Shown here one piece after another: positions 38,130 to 50,915 of a stretch of DNA of 64,000 nucleotides. Position 1 is the stretch's first letter. Each line of letters starts with the position of its first letter. The DNA is from Hypanus sabinus (taxonomy: Eukaryota). The translations under genes were made by a program, and so were the position numbers. The notes below the pieces were generated by a model. That model was not told the DNA's origin, did not search any database, and worked only from the letters and a program-made list of their open reading frames with translations. The DNA lies in assembly GCF_030144855.1 (NCBI RefSeq), contig NC_082715.1, positions 131,440,001 through 131,504,000 of the forward strand, read 5' to 3'.

Positions 38130-40170
38130 AGATCAAAGCTCTGCAGTTCTAATGCATCTAGTCATTAACAGTGGTGACTTTCATTCATCAGCAAAGTGAT
38201 GGGAAGTATCAAGCAGCACTTACAGACCAACAATCTACTCATGATATCCAGTATAGTTCTACCAAGAGTACTTGGTTCCAAACCTCATCACAGCCTTGGG
38301 TCTATGCATGGTTTTGAGCTGAATTCCAAAGATGAGGTTAGTCATTTGGCCAAGTATAGTCTCAAACACCCTTGGCAAAACTCAACCTTCGAGGGAAAAC
38401 ATTCCAATGGTTCGAGTCATCCCTTAAAGGAAGGTGGTTGTGGTTCTTGAGTTCCAAGACTTCATATAAGGTGTTCTTCAGGTCAGTGTCCTCATCAATG
38501 ACTTATCCTTCACTATAAGATCAGATATGGGATGCTTGCTGATAATTGCACACTATTCAATTCCATTTGCAGTTCCTCAGCAAAGAAAACAATTCCTGCT
38601 TGCATGCAGCAAGATTCAGATAACAGTCAAGCATTACCTGATAAGTGGCAAGTAGCATTTAATCTGCAACGTGCCAGGCACTGACCATTTCCAAAAAGAG
38701 AAAGTTAACTTTCTTTTGACACTCAATGGGATACCCATTGCTGAGACCCCACTATCAATATCCTGAAGGGGGGGGGGAGTGGGCTGTCATCATTAACCAG
38801 AAATTCAACTGAACCCACCACATAAATACAGTGACTACTTATCCAGAGACTGTATAAACTGTGGTTGGTGAATTGCCTCCTGACACCTCCAAAACTTGTC
38901 CACCACCCGCAAGGTACAAATCAGGGTTATGATGGAATTTCCTTCACTTGCCTGAATGAATGCAGCTGCAACTATTCTCAAGAAGCTCAGCGCCATCCAG
39001 GGGGAAGTCACCCGCTTGAGTACCACCGCTCAATACCCTTAAGTGCTAGGTTCCTTCACCACTGGCGCACAGTGGCTGCTGTGGACTGTACGTGCAGTGT
39101 TACATCCGTAGCCCCCTCCTTTGTGAGAATCGCAAGATCACTGTTGGGTTGGGTCAAGGGGCCCAGGAAATGGGAAAAGAGATGTGCAGGCTGGCTCATT
39201 TCCCCGGCAATGTAAATCTACAGGACATGGCCATTGTCTCTTGAGACCAATTTGTGGATTGAGCTACTATGCTACGTGAACACCCTCAGGCAAAATGGGC
39301 TGGTTGAGGGAGAGACTGCACACCCCCAACCTGATTGACATCTACGACCCTGCGAGTCAGGATAAAAGAGGGTCTGTAAGAACAGTCCCTCAGACGCACC
39401 AGAAGAAACGTTAAGCGACCACATAACAGCAGGAAGTCATCTGAAGGAGGCCACGTGCGTTTAATTCCGTGGCTGGAATTGGTGGCTGGAACCACGGAAA
39501 ACAGCTTGTAGCTAACAACAGGGGAATCCGCTCCCCTGACTCAACGGATTGGCATCATAAAAGACCCAGGCAAGTTTAAACTGCATCGCTCTTAAACCCA
39601 ACAATGCTGCAGCTTGAACGAACTGATAGTGACTGTTATCTTTCCATCGGACAATACATTATCCCCTAGACAACGATAGAGCTATTTCTTATTGGTTATT
39701 ATTATACACGCGCTTTAGATTTAGTATTGACGACGTATATTATCTGTATGTTTGCATTAATCTTATTTTTGTGCCCTTTATCAATAAATACTTTTAAAAA
39801 TAGTGCCATCAGACTTCAACAGACCTCTCTATCTTTGCTGGTAAGTGACCCAGTTACAGGATTTCGTAACAGCAGTTACACACCTAGGCTATTCTGTCAG
39901 GCATAACTTCTACCACCAAGATGGATGAAGGTAGGTGCTTGGGAATTCCACTGCCCACAGATTCTCCTCAAGTCACACACCATCCTGATTGGAAATTCAT
40001 TGAGGGTGTTCCAGCAGCAATTAAGGACAAGCAATGAATGTTGGAACTCTGTGCAACAGCACGATGGAAGGACTTCCTACAAAATGACTCCAATGATTCA
40101 AGAAGGTGGCTCACCGCCAACATCTTAGGGGGAATTTGTGATGGGCAACAAATGCTGACCTGCCCGGTGA
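38130..40170 (+). mobile_element. Old CR1/L2-clade LINE fragment interrupted by solo LTR copy 3
   Basis: Decayed GVLQ.SV / ADNCT-like RT motifs at ~38470-38560. Related to the minus-strand 57870-58910. Confidence 0.55.
39098..39871 (+). mobile_element. Solo LTR (copy 3), 774 bp
   Basis: TGTTACA...CGTAACA; TSD GCAG (39094-39097 / 39872-39875). The 3' ~250 bp is nearly identical to copy 2. Confidence 0.9.
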
Positions 40171-41024
40171 CGCCCAGATTCTGGAAAAAGAATAAATAAA
40201 ATAAATATAAATTCAAATAGGATGTTGAGAGTGTAAGTAAGGAGGTACCATTTCCATTGGAATGGGGATGTAAAAAAAAGGATCTAAATTTAAGTTAATT
40301 GACGAATGAGCCAGAGGAGAGATAAAAAGCAACACATACAAAATGGTGGAGGAACTTCTCCAGCATTGTGTGTGTGTTGCTCTGGATTTCCAGTATCTAC
40401 AGAATTTTTTAATGTTTCAAAAAATATTATTAATATTTTAAGGAATATTGAAAAATGATTCACTAATAGCTTGGTCAAAGTTAATTGGATACATAATTTA
40501 AAAAGAAAAAAAAAGACAGCTATGAAGTAAGGGCAGAGATTTGGGATTAATTGGAAAGCTTTCAGAAGCTGCTTACTCAAACAAAATGGGCTAAATGGCC
40601 TTTCTCTGTGCCCTATGATTCCCTGATACACAGAGTTACATCAGAAATGGATCATTCAGTTCAACCCAACTCTGTGGACAAGACCCTTCCATTCGCTTTC
40701 ATTTAGCATTCCTTTCTATGCTATTTGACTCAGTGGTAGTGGGTTCCACAATCTCACTAAAATCTGAGTTTCTGAATTCCTTATTTGACTTGTTGCTGAA
40801 ACTCCTCTATCGGTGGTCTCCATTTTTTCTATCCCCGCATGGAAACGTTGTCCCTTGTATCTGAAGTTATGGTTGTCGTCAATGGCACACATGCAAGGAA
40901 GATGGAAAGAAAAATTTTCAATGTGAGACAGATGCAGTCAACTTGAAATTGTTCTGAGGAAGTTGACAAGACTAATTCTTATGATGTTGCGTTTTAAGTG
41001 GTGTGATGCAGTGGTTCCTTAAGA

Positions 41025-41550
41025 TTGTCATAGCCAGGGGTGGTGGTGGAATAAACTCCCAATATCTATTAAGTGCTCCCAATAGTGTCCACCTCCAAAA
41101 CCTCTGACAACCAAGTCCAACTCAGGGCTTAGCTAATAAACCTGGTGGAACCATTTCTACTAACAAGAGCAGGGGCAAAGGAAGGCTATTGGTGCCTTAA
41201 AATCAGTCGCTTCGTTCAGATGGGGCTTGTCAGCTGGGGTTGGCTGCTCATCCAGTACAGGGGAAACTCTGATCTCAAGTCTCCACTGTTTTGCAGCTGA
41301 ACCCATACATCGGGAAGGTTTCAGGAGTAAACCCTGAGGAAAGATCTGGAGCTGGAGTCCCTCAGGCAGTTCAACGCTGACTGGTAACTCCTGACAATGC
41401 CTCTGTTGCCAAACTGTATCGGTCTCTGCTGTTACTTTGAAATCATCAGCTGTGTGGAGAGGGGGAGCTTGTTCTCCATTTCATACTGTCCTAGCTTGCA
41501 TATCATGTAGACAGGTAGGATGCAATATCTATGGTCAACACCAACCAACA
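41025..41550. repeat. Non-coding interspersed repeat, inverted relative to 13550-14130
   Basis: See 13550-14130. Confidence 0.6.
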
Positions 41551-43612
41551 GATGTTTTGAATATTTATTGTTCTTTATAATAAAATTTGAACAATGAAGT
41601 GTATTGTTCAGGATATTATTGCTTTCATATATTTTAAGCCAAAAACAAAAATTCCAGACAAAACATCAAGAGAAGGGACAGAAGGAATCATATTACTCAC
41701 TGCTTACCCTTGGACAATATAGCATGGCTCTATGTTGACAGCAAGTGCAGCTCTCAATTACGGTTTGCAAAACGAGGCCAATTAGTTCCCTGTTCAGGTT
41801 GGCTCATAATAGGCTGTGGCTATTTTAGCTGCTCACCCCCATTCCCATTATTTACCCTTCTTCCTTGAATGCACAGAAGGGGTCAGATGGTACTTTGAGT
41901 ACCAATGCCTTCCTTCCAGCAAATCAGATATTTCTCACTCTGGTGGCTACACTCTGTGCCAGTCCAGACTTCCTCGCACTGGGAGAGCCAGGCGGATTGT
42001 CAGTGAAGAGTTTGTTCTGTGACACAGACAAAAGTCAGACTCTGCAGGCTTTGACATATGATCTGACAGCTGCAGTGTCAGCAACAGCTGACACAATGAT
42101 GAGATCTGAGCTTAAGGGCCAATGGAGAAGTCTTGTTTGTCATTTCCCAAGCTCCCGTCCCCCTGCTTCAGAAGTATAGAGCTTAGCACAAGACAGGAAA
42201 TGTTAAATCAGTCGTTAATACCATAATCTGCAGCCCTACACCTGAGCTGATACAAACGAGAGAAAGTTCATTTATTCAATTGCACATGCTGTAAAGCCAC
42301 AGAAGCTTTGTGTTGAAATAATCCAAAGCATATTGCAGTAAAACAAAGCAATGCATTCATTGGTAAAATCATCTGCAGCAGTTTAAAACATGCCCTCTTA
42401 TTAGGACAATTATATGATCCACATGCCAGGAAATGCTGTAAGGATATTGTAAAATTAATGTCATTAATATTTGAATGATCTGGAAGTCAGAGTAATGGGA
42501 TTTATTAAATCCCTCCTGATATGCAATTCAAGTCACACAACAATATTCAGCAAATAATTTTTAAAAATACTTTTGTACATTTACAGAATAAAAAGAGCAT
42601 AAACTCACCTTACATTTTACAGTTACATGATATGAATCATAGCAAAAATAATCCAGATGTTTTTTTTACCTGATTGGCTTTGTTTGCTTAAGAGTAGGGA
42701 AGCTTTGATAATGACATTCAAAACTTTGAGGGATTCTGAGAGAGCACAGAGCGAATAATTGTTTCCACTGGGAAGAAGGGTCAGGAACTAAAGACCACAC
42801 ATTCAAGAATACTTGCAAAAGTGTCAGTGGGAGATGAAGTGAATTTTATTTAAACACCAATCTGAAAGAGAAGTAGAAGTGCATTTGATTGTAGCTTGCA
42901 CAAAGAAATTAAATATGTACTTAAAAAAAAACTCTGTGGCCTTTAAACAATCAGAGTTGCTCAGAGAACCATTAATTTTTAATAAAGATTTTTAAAATCT
43001 ATAACGTTGCATCTATGGAGATAAAAATGATACTGCAGAATAAATTATCCTATCTAATACTTTTAACAATTAATGATAGGGAACAAGAGAAAATGTCTAT
43101 ACTTTAGTGTAATAGGTCCTGCAACATTGGAGATTGGAGATTTATGAACGGAACCAGGCAGGTGTGGTTGCATTCAGTTAGATCAAGAGTTTGTGGATGA
43201 TCAAGACACTAGCAGATCAAAGACGATGGCAGGCAATAGATTATTTTTTTGTCAATAAAACATGGAATGCTTTAATAGCTTCAGCAAGATCCATTTCTGT
43301 TTGGAGGAAAGATGGGTAGAAATTTGGGAGGCTAAGATACATTCAAGGGTTATGCAGAGGAGATATAATTTGAAGATGAAGCACTAGGATGGAGGGATTA
43401 TATGTTGGCATTTCTGACAAAAGGGGTAATAATGTTCTTTCCTGGCACCTTCCTGCTCAAACTTAATGACCTTAGAGTGGGCTCAACTGATTTAAAGGGG
43501 TACACCAACCACCAATTTTGTCAAACACAGCCTTATGAAGAACACATTATTACACAAATACAGTAAAAACCTAAAATTCTATTGTAAGTATTCCCCCTAA
43601 GTAATTAAAGAT

Positions 43613-44585
43613 TCAAAGGTTAATTTTTCTTGTCAAAGTATGCATGTACAATACAACTCTGATATTTGTCTTCTCCAGATAGGCAGGAGGTACAGAAAAA
43701 CCACAGGTGTCATAGAAAGAAAAGACATCAACCCCCCCCCCCGCACAAAAAGGAAAAAAACAAAACTCACAAACTGTAATCCCCACTCCCTCCTTCACAC
43801 GAAAAAAATTAACAGATTACCCACACGAAAAACGGCAGGTATAACACCAAACCCCAAAACCCTGAACCCTGAACATCTCCCTTGCAAAAAAAAACATTGA
43901 CATAATGCCAAACCCCCAACCCCTTTCCTTGCATAAAAGAACAGCGACAAACCCCTCTCTCTCACACAAAAACTACAGATCACACACAAAGATAAAACAA
44001 CTGGAACATCAGACCCCAAATCCCCAACCCCTCCTTCCCACAAAACCTAACATACTGCCACTGGGAAGTGCAACCCGTCAATTGTGACAAAAAGAAAGAA
44101 AATGCAGAAAACCGAAGGAGAGCAATTAAACTACAGTTCATTCCCATGAATCTTAGAATCTTAGAAACGTCCTCCCATCAGAATCCAGGAGAGTGAGCAC
44201 CTGAACTCAGTCCTTCTGTGAGGAGTGACCGTTCTGCGGCCTTCTGAACACCGCCCACTCGACTACCAGCCGCCGTTGACCCATGGCCTCCATGGAGAGC
44301 AACCGCTGACCTCCTCCGCCTTCACTTTGATGCTTCAGTCTCCTTCAGTGCTTCGACATGGAGTCGATCGTGGCTCCCTGCCCCGTCTCTGGTCTTCTGA
44401 GCCAGGCAGCTGGTGCTCGTGGTCCTCTCCGGGGCCAGCAGAGCACTTGGTTGTTCGGTCAAACTCCAGCAGAGGACAAAGAGAACAAGCAGAAGGCATG
44501 GAAAAAATGAAATAATTGAAGAGGTTGACTACCTGGAAGATTTTGCCAAAGGAATCATTCACTGGCGCCATCTTGACTGGAAGTC
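43613..44585 (-). mobile_element. Non-autonomous retroposon: L1-like 5' end plus Rex-type 3' tail
   Basis: The minus strand starts GACTTCCAGTCAAGATGGCGCC and ends in the tail shared with 36519. Candidate TSD AAGAT (43608-43612 / 44586-44590). Confidence 0.55.
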
Positions 44586-44739
44586 AAGATAGGAAAGCCT
44601 ATGTTGTAGATTTACAACAGGATGGCGTGCATTCTTTTCTTTTTGAACATGTTCCCTTATCATCAGGTTCAAAGTGCTGAAACTCCCAATATAAGAGCAG
44701 TATTGGATTACCTTAGAACGTCATCTGAGTAGTTAGTCC

Positions 44740-45015
44740 TACAGGCTATCAACCACCCATTTAAACTAACCTTTCACTAATTTGAACTTACTCTCTGCAT
44801 ATGCACATCAGATCTTCCCAGATTCTGCCATTCACCTGCACGTCAGGGGCAACTGTCTTTGGAACCCACATGTCTTTGGGACGTGGAAGAAAGTCCGATC
44901 GCCTGAAGGAAACCCATGTGAGAATGTTACTGACTCCATACAGATCGAAACTGAGGTCAGGAAGGAACCTGAGTATCTCATGCTGTGGGGCAGCAGTTCT
45001 ACTAACTCCATCGCT
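44740..45015 (-). repeat. V-SINE (HE1-like tRNA-derived SINE)
   Basis: Minus strand ggagttagtagaactgctgccccacagc...tgggtttccttcaggcgatcggactttcttccacgtcccaaagacatg (V-domain). Confidence 0.65.
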
Positions 45016-45139
45016 TTGCTGCCCATTCAAGATGGTGGCTCTAGCCCTTCTGCACATTAGCCAGCAATGCTGATAGACTAAGTACTTTAATTTCAAAAAC
45101 ACACTGTATTTTCTAATTGGGGATGTGTTTCTATTTTTA

Positions 45140-45350
45140 AAATTTTATTTACTGTGATACAGCACGGAATAGGCCCTTCCAGCCCTTCAAACGGCACGGC
45201 CCAGCCTAATCACAGGACAATTTATGATGGCCAACTAACCTGCCAACTGGTATGTCTTTGGACTGTGGGAGGAAACCGGAGCACCCGGAGGAAACCCACG
45301 CAGTCACGGGGAGAACGTCCAAACTCCTTACAGGCAGCAGCGGGATTTAA
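45140..45350 (-). repeat. V-SINE-related element
   Basis: Well-preserved V-domain reverse complement: tctttggactgtgggaggaaaccggagcacccggaggaaaccc. Confidence 0.75.
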
Positions 45351-45756
45351 GTAGTTTGTTTTTATTGGAAGCTGGCCGCTCTTGTAAGGGTTACAGCTAA
45401 TATTTTAAGATAAATGGTTGCATTTTGGAGGAGAAAGGGAGTGGCTAAGTGGACTGTCCAATAGATTACATGGCACAGGGTGAGGACAGGCAAAATCCAC
45501 TGAAAAGGAGTTGCAGGGAAGGTTTGAAGAGAAGCAGTTTCAGGATCTCTGTTTGCTGGATGTTGAAATGGAAATGCTGCAGTGTGGAATGGACACATGA
45601 TGAACTCCATTCTTCGATATCCCAAAGCATCATCCCCAAATGCAACAAAATTGATGGAAACTCATTTCAACAACACATTACCTATATCAAAGTACTGGTA
45701 CAGAATCAATTGGTAAATAGCTTTCTGTGATATATACCATTCCATGATAATGTTCA

Positions 45757-46222
45757 ATGCTTGCAGGACTTGAAACATATATCTGGGGTGCTTAATACTT
45801 TTGTACAGGACATAGTAATTTTATGCATTGCATTGTACTGCTACCACAAAATGAAAACAAATATTATGACATATGTGAGTGATGATAAATCTGATTCTGA
45901 TGTGGGTCTCTATAGTGGAGTGAGAGAGGAATCATGGTTGGGAAAAGGGGTAGGGAGAGGGGAGGGAGTGGGAAGCACTAGAGCGACATTCTGTAATGAT
46001 CAACATACCAATAGTCTGGAATCAAATGACCTTCCTTGCCAGGGGTCTCAGGGCTGGGTGTGTCTGCACCCGCACCAGCCCCTACCCCGGTACACCTCTG
46101 CCATCTGTCTCAGACCCCTCTCACAGCGCTCCACCTTCACCATTCCTAACATCTTTTGCTCCCACCAGATTTACAAACTTGCTCTCTACTGTGCAAAGGT
46201 CTTAGGCACCCTAGCTATATAC
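45757..46222. mobile_element. Tc1-type-TIR-bounded composite repeat (copy A)
   Basis: ggggtgcttaatacttttgtacag on the left and tactgtgcaaaggtcttaggcaccctagctata on the right; interior shared with 63509-64000. Confidence 0.6.
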
Positions 46223-46227
46223 AATAT

Positions 46228-47008
46228 GTGGAGAGGGTCAGTAATTTAGATTCCTCAGCATTATCATTTCAGAGGACTTTTCCTGGGTCTAGTACATAAG
46301 TACCATTACAATGGACGAACAGCAGTGCGTCTACTTTGTTAGAATTTGCAAAGACTTGGTACACCATCTAAAATTTTGACCAGCTTCTATAGATGTGAGG
46401 CGGAGTGTATATTGGCTGGTTGCATCACAGCCTGGTATGGGAAACACCAGTATACTTGTATGGAAAAGCCCACAACAAATAGTGGATATGGCCCAGTCCC
46501 TCATGGGTAAAACCCTCCCCACCATTGAGCACAACTACGAGGAGCGTTTTTGCAGGAAAATAGTATCCATCATCACATACCCCCACCAACCAGGCCATGC
46601 TCGCTTCTCACTACTGCCATCAGGAAGGTGGTACAGGAGCCTCCAGACCTGCACCACCACGTTCAGGAATAGTTATTTCCCCTCAACCATCAGGCTCTTG
46701 AAGTAGACAGGATAACTTCACTCACCCCATCACTTAACTGTTCCTGCACCCTATGGACTCATTCGAGGACTCTTCAGCTCATGTTCTCAATATTTATTGA
46801 TGATTAAGTATTATTATGACTTTATTTTTCTCTCATTTGCATTTGCACAGCTTGTTTTTTGTTGCACTTTAGTTGTTTAGCATCCTGTTGGGTGCAGTCC
46901 TTCATTGATTCGAATGTGTTTCCTGATTGTCCACATGAAAACGAACATCATGGTTGTAAATAGTGACATATACAGCATGCACTTTGATATTAATTTACTT
47001 TGAACTTA
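46228..47008 (+). mobile_element. Rex1/Babar-type LINE 3' portion
   Basis: HQPGHARFSLLPSGRWYRSL...FRNSYFPSTIRLL; tail ending tttactttgaact. Confidence 0.85.
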
Positions 47009-47999
47009 ACTCAGTGGAGTTTATCACTCTATAGAAGGGCAAGGGGAAATATTGCAAAATGTATGCATTGGGATAGAGCAGAAAAGATGCTGGGGAGGGG
47101 GGGTGGTGGGGGAGATTAAAATCCAAGTGTTCTAAATCAGAGATCCCTAAAGGTTTATGGCCTGAAGGAATTGTGAAGGAGAAAGAAGGGAAGTTAAAAT
47201 GCAGAGAGCTGTGAAACAAAAATTCCCCGTAAAAATAGATTGCTGGTGTTCAGTTACAATATTGCATTTATGTTCATCTCTACATAATTTAAGAATTTGT
47301 AAAGATGCACAATAATAATAACAAAATTAGTTAGTTATTTTGAGTCAATTGTTGGTCAACTGCCTTCCTCCTGTTGTTCGTGCCAACATGTTTTAACAAA
47401 GAAATTTTGGAGATAGTACTGAATAAATTTTATTCAAACATCATAGACTGCAGTACAAGTGTACCAAAGGGTTTCTCCGTATATCAATCTTTAAAACCCA
47501 AAGCAAACTCTGGAAACCCTTCTCACTTTATGGAAAGGCCTTCTCCCTATATGCAAGCTGAGTACTTCATTTAACATTTCATTATTAAGTTTATGATTTG
47601 TCTTTATTTTCTCCAGAACAGCTTAAATTGTAACAAAGGCACATTCTGTGGTTAAATTTATTTCCCTGTATCATTGGAATTATACGTTAATTCCCCGTGG
47701 TCATTGTTGTTTCAGTTATTTAATTCTTGCGCAGGCATTTCTTTGCAGACAATCGTGCAGCTTACAGGAACAAATTGCTCCATTATCTGACGGATTGCAA
47801 TCTGGCGTAACTCAATGACAAATGTTGGGGAGTCTCTAGCCAGTATTTTTATACGGTTTCCCATGACGTTGATCTATTTGGTCACCAGTGCTACTTGATG
47901 TCACATTCACTCATGGACAACAGTTTAGAGATTTTGGTTATCTTTGATCCAGGCTAAAATGAGGAGTAGAGTAATTATTCTGGTAGAATCCACAATACA

Positions 48000-48388
48000 A
48001 TCCATCAGGAAGTAGGTACAGGAGCCTCAGGGCTCACACCACCAGGTTCAGGAACAGTTATTACTACTCAATCATCAGGCTCTTGAAACAAAGGGGTAAC
48101 TTCACTTGCCCTATCACTGAACTGTTCCCACTGAATGGGACTCACTTTAAAGGACTCTTCATCTTATGTTCTCCATATTTATTTATTATTATTATTATTT
48201 TTCTTTTGTATTTGCTGTTTGTTGTCTTCTGCACACCACTTGTTTGCCTCATTGCATGTGGTCTTTCATTGATTCTATTACGGTGATTGGATCTACTGAG
48301 TATGCCCGCAAGAAAACGAATCTCATGATTGTACGTGGTGACGTATACAGTATGTAGTTTGATGATAAATTTATTTTGAACTTTGAAG
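48000..48388 (+). mobile_element. Rex1/Babar-type LINE 3' tail
   Basis: ccatcaggaagtaggtacaggagcctcagg...ttttgaactttgaa. Confidence 0.75.
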
Positions 48389-48491
48389 CATCTGGCAGCA
48401 GGTTACTGCAGGTTATGTCAATGATTCCTAATATTCTGCTGCTGATTGAGAAAAAGTGGGTTTCAGGCTAATTTGGCCTGAATGGATTTAG

Positions 48492-48990
48492 ATCATCGGA
48501 CATTGGAGCAGAATGAGGCTTTTCAACTCGTCGAGTTTGTTCCGCCATTCAATCATGGCAGATTTATTTTCCCTCTCAGTCTCACCCTTCTTTTCTCCCA
48601 CAACCTTTGACACCATCACTAATCAAGAACCTGTCAACCTCCTCTTTAAATAAACCCAATGACTTGACCCTCACAGGCATCTGTGGCAATAAATTCCACT
48701 GATTTGCCACCTCTGGCTAAAGAAATTCCTCTTCATCTCTGTTCTGAAGGGATGTCCTATTCTGAGGCTGTGCTCCCTGGTACTAGACTCCCCCGCTATT
48801 GCAAACATTCTCTCCATGTTCAACTCAATCTGGAATTTTCAATACTTGGTAGGCTTCAAAGAGATTCCCCCTCATTCTTCTAAAACTTCAGTGAGTACAG
48901 ACCCCAGAGCCATCAAACGCTGTTTGTACATTAAACCTTTAATTCCTTGAATCAATCTCATGAACCTCCTCTAGACCCTCTCCAAAGCCT
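48492..48990 (-). mobile_element. CR1 LINE 3' portion
   Basis: Reverse complement of the CR1 ORF2 C-terminal region and tail. Confidence 0.75.
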
Positions 48991-50269
48991 TTTATCTTTT
49001 TTTGTGTGTGGAAAGGAGATATGTGATAGATTTTCTGTTTTGATGCAGGTGCCAGTGTTGTGTCCGTCCTGGATGATGTTGTCTGGGTTAAAGTTCTACA
49101 GCACATCCACAATTGCCTGGAAGTGAGGAGGCTGAGAGCCAACTACTTGGTTTTATATGGAGGCACTCGGGAACTGACATCCTTCCTTGGAGAACATTAA
49201 TAACAATCTAACGGGTTTGTGGTTACTGTACATAAGGCTAGCACTTTAATTCCAAATTTAATTTATTTGTATTTAAATTCCCTAGCTGTCTCTGGAACTG
49301 GTTTCTAATTCAGTAACCTAACTACAATGCCACTGTAGCATACTGCATAAGTTTACAGCTTTATTATGCTGCTGCTTCATTTTTCATCAATGACGCTGTT
49401 CCTGGGCAACTTCTGCACCTCTCATGGCCTCTGTAGCACCGATGGAAAGATTTGCTAGGCCCTGATCTTACAGGGTTATGATGGAACACAAGCTAATAAA
49501 GTTGATTGAGTATGGTAGCAAAATGGTTAAATCACAAGTTTTTCACAAGTTTTCAGAGATCCAGAGATATGTAGAGATGGCTGCTGAGCAATATAAATCC
49601 AAGTAAGTAGTTAATCAGACCTGCAATAAAACAAAGCCGTTAATGGTGACTGTGAAATTACTGGTTTGCCAGGCTGCTGACAGACAACCTAAATAACAAT
49701 TAGAAAAAATGTGCAAATAAATCTGAGCAAAAATCCCATGAAATTGGCTGCTTCTTTTATTCAATTCTGTGCTCGATAAGGCACAATGACAAGCAGGAAA
49801 CTCCCCTACCTTATCCTCCAATCATGTTAGCACTTGCATTGCATAGCATCAAGAATATTTACTGACGTTTGTAGCCACCTAGTGGTGTTTTGTTATCAGC
49901 TGGGTAAATATTTGTGATCATTATGCTTGCTATGAGCAAGGTTCCCCTTCAATTATGATTTTGTAGAATCTGTGTACTCAACAATATTGACCTCTACCAC
50001 AATGCTTTTATTAAGCCAGCAGTACCAAGACACCCTGACTCACTCTCACCCCTGCGAACGTCCCCTTCCAGTGAACTTTGGCCATCTCCCCTCTCATGCC
50101 TCTACAGTTATCTTTACTCAACTCCCATACCGATTCATCCAGTTTTTGCTTTTCCTTTTCAAACTGCAGGTGAATTCTGTCATCTTGTTATCACCGTCTC
50201 CGAAGGGCTTCTTCACTCTAAGCTCCCAAATCAAATCTGGTTCATAACACAACATCCAATCTAGAATTG

Positions 50270-50915
50270 CCTCTTGAACCAGAGGGGATAACTTCACTCA
50301 ACTTTTATCTATTTATATATTTGGGTAGCAATACAGTGCAGGGTAGGCCTTTCCATCCCTTGAAGCCTCACCACCCTGCAACCCCACAACTCCAATTAAC
50401 TCTAACCTAATCACAGGATAATTTACAACGACCAATTAGCCTACCCTGTACATCTTCGGACTGTGGGAGGAAACCAGAGCAGCCGGGGAAAGCCCATACA
50501 TTCCATTTTGAGAACGGAAAGGGTCTGCTTATAGAATGGCAGTGCAATTGAACTCTAAACTCCAGAACGCGCTGAGCTGTCAGCACATCATGCTAACCAC
50601 TATGTCACTGGGCTGCGCAACTTCATTCGCATTATCACTGAACTGTTCTCACAACCTATGGGCTCACTTTCAATGACTCTTAATCTCGTGTTCTCAATAT
50701 TTATTGCTTATCTATTTATTATTATAATTAATATTTTTCTTTTTGTACTTGCAGAGTTTTTTTTTGCATGCTGGTTGTTGCCATCCTGTTGGGTATGGTG
50801 TTTCATTGATTCTATTGTGTTTCTTGTACTAACTGTGATTGCCCACAAGAAAAAGAATTTCAGGGTTGCATATAGTGACATATATGTACATTGACAATAA
50901 ATTACTTTGAACTTT
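50270..50915 (+). repeat. Rex-type 3' tail with an inserted antisense V-SINE-like element (~50305-50620)
   Basis: ctcttgaaccagaggggataacttcactc...tactttgaact, split by a V-domain-bearing insert. Confidence 0.6.

Noticed and set aside
31597-39871. Copies 2 and 3 as the paired LTRs of one provirus
   Set aside because: Each has its own TSD, they differ in length and internal sequence, and the DNA between them is LINE-derived.
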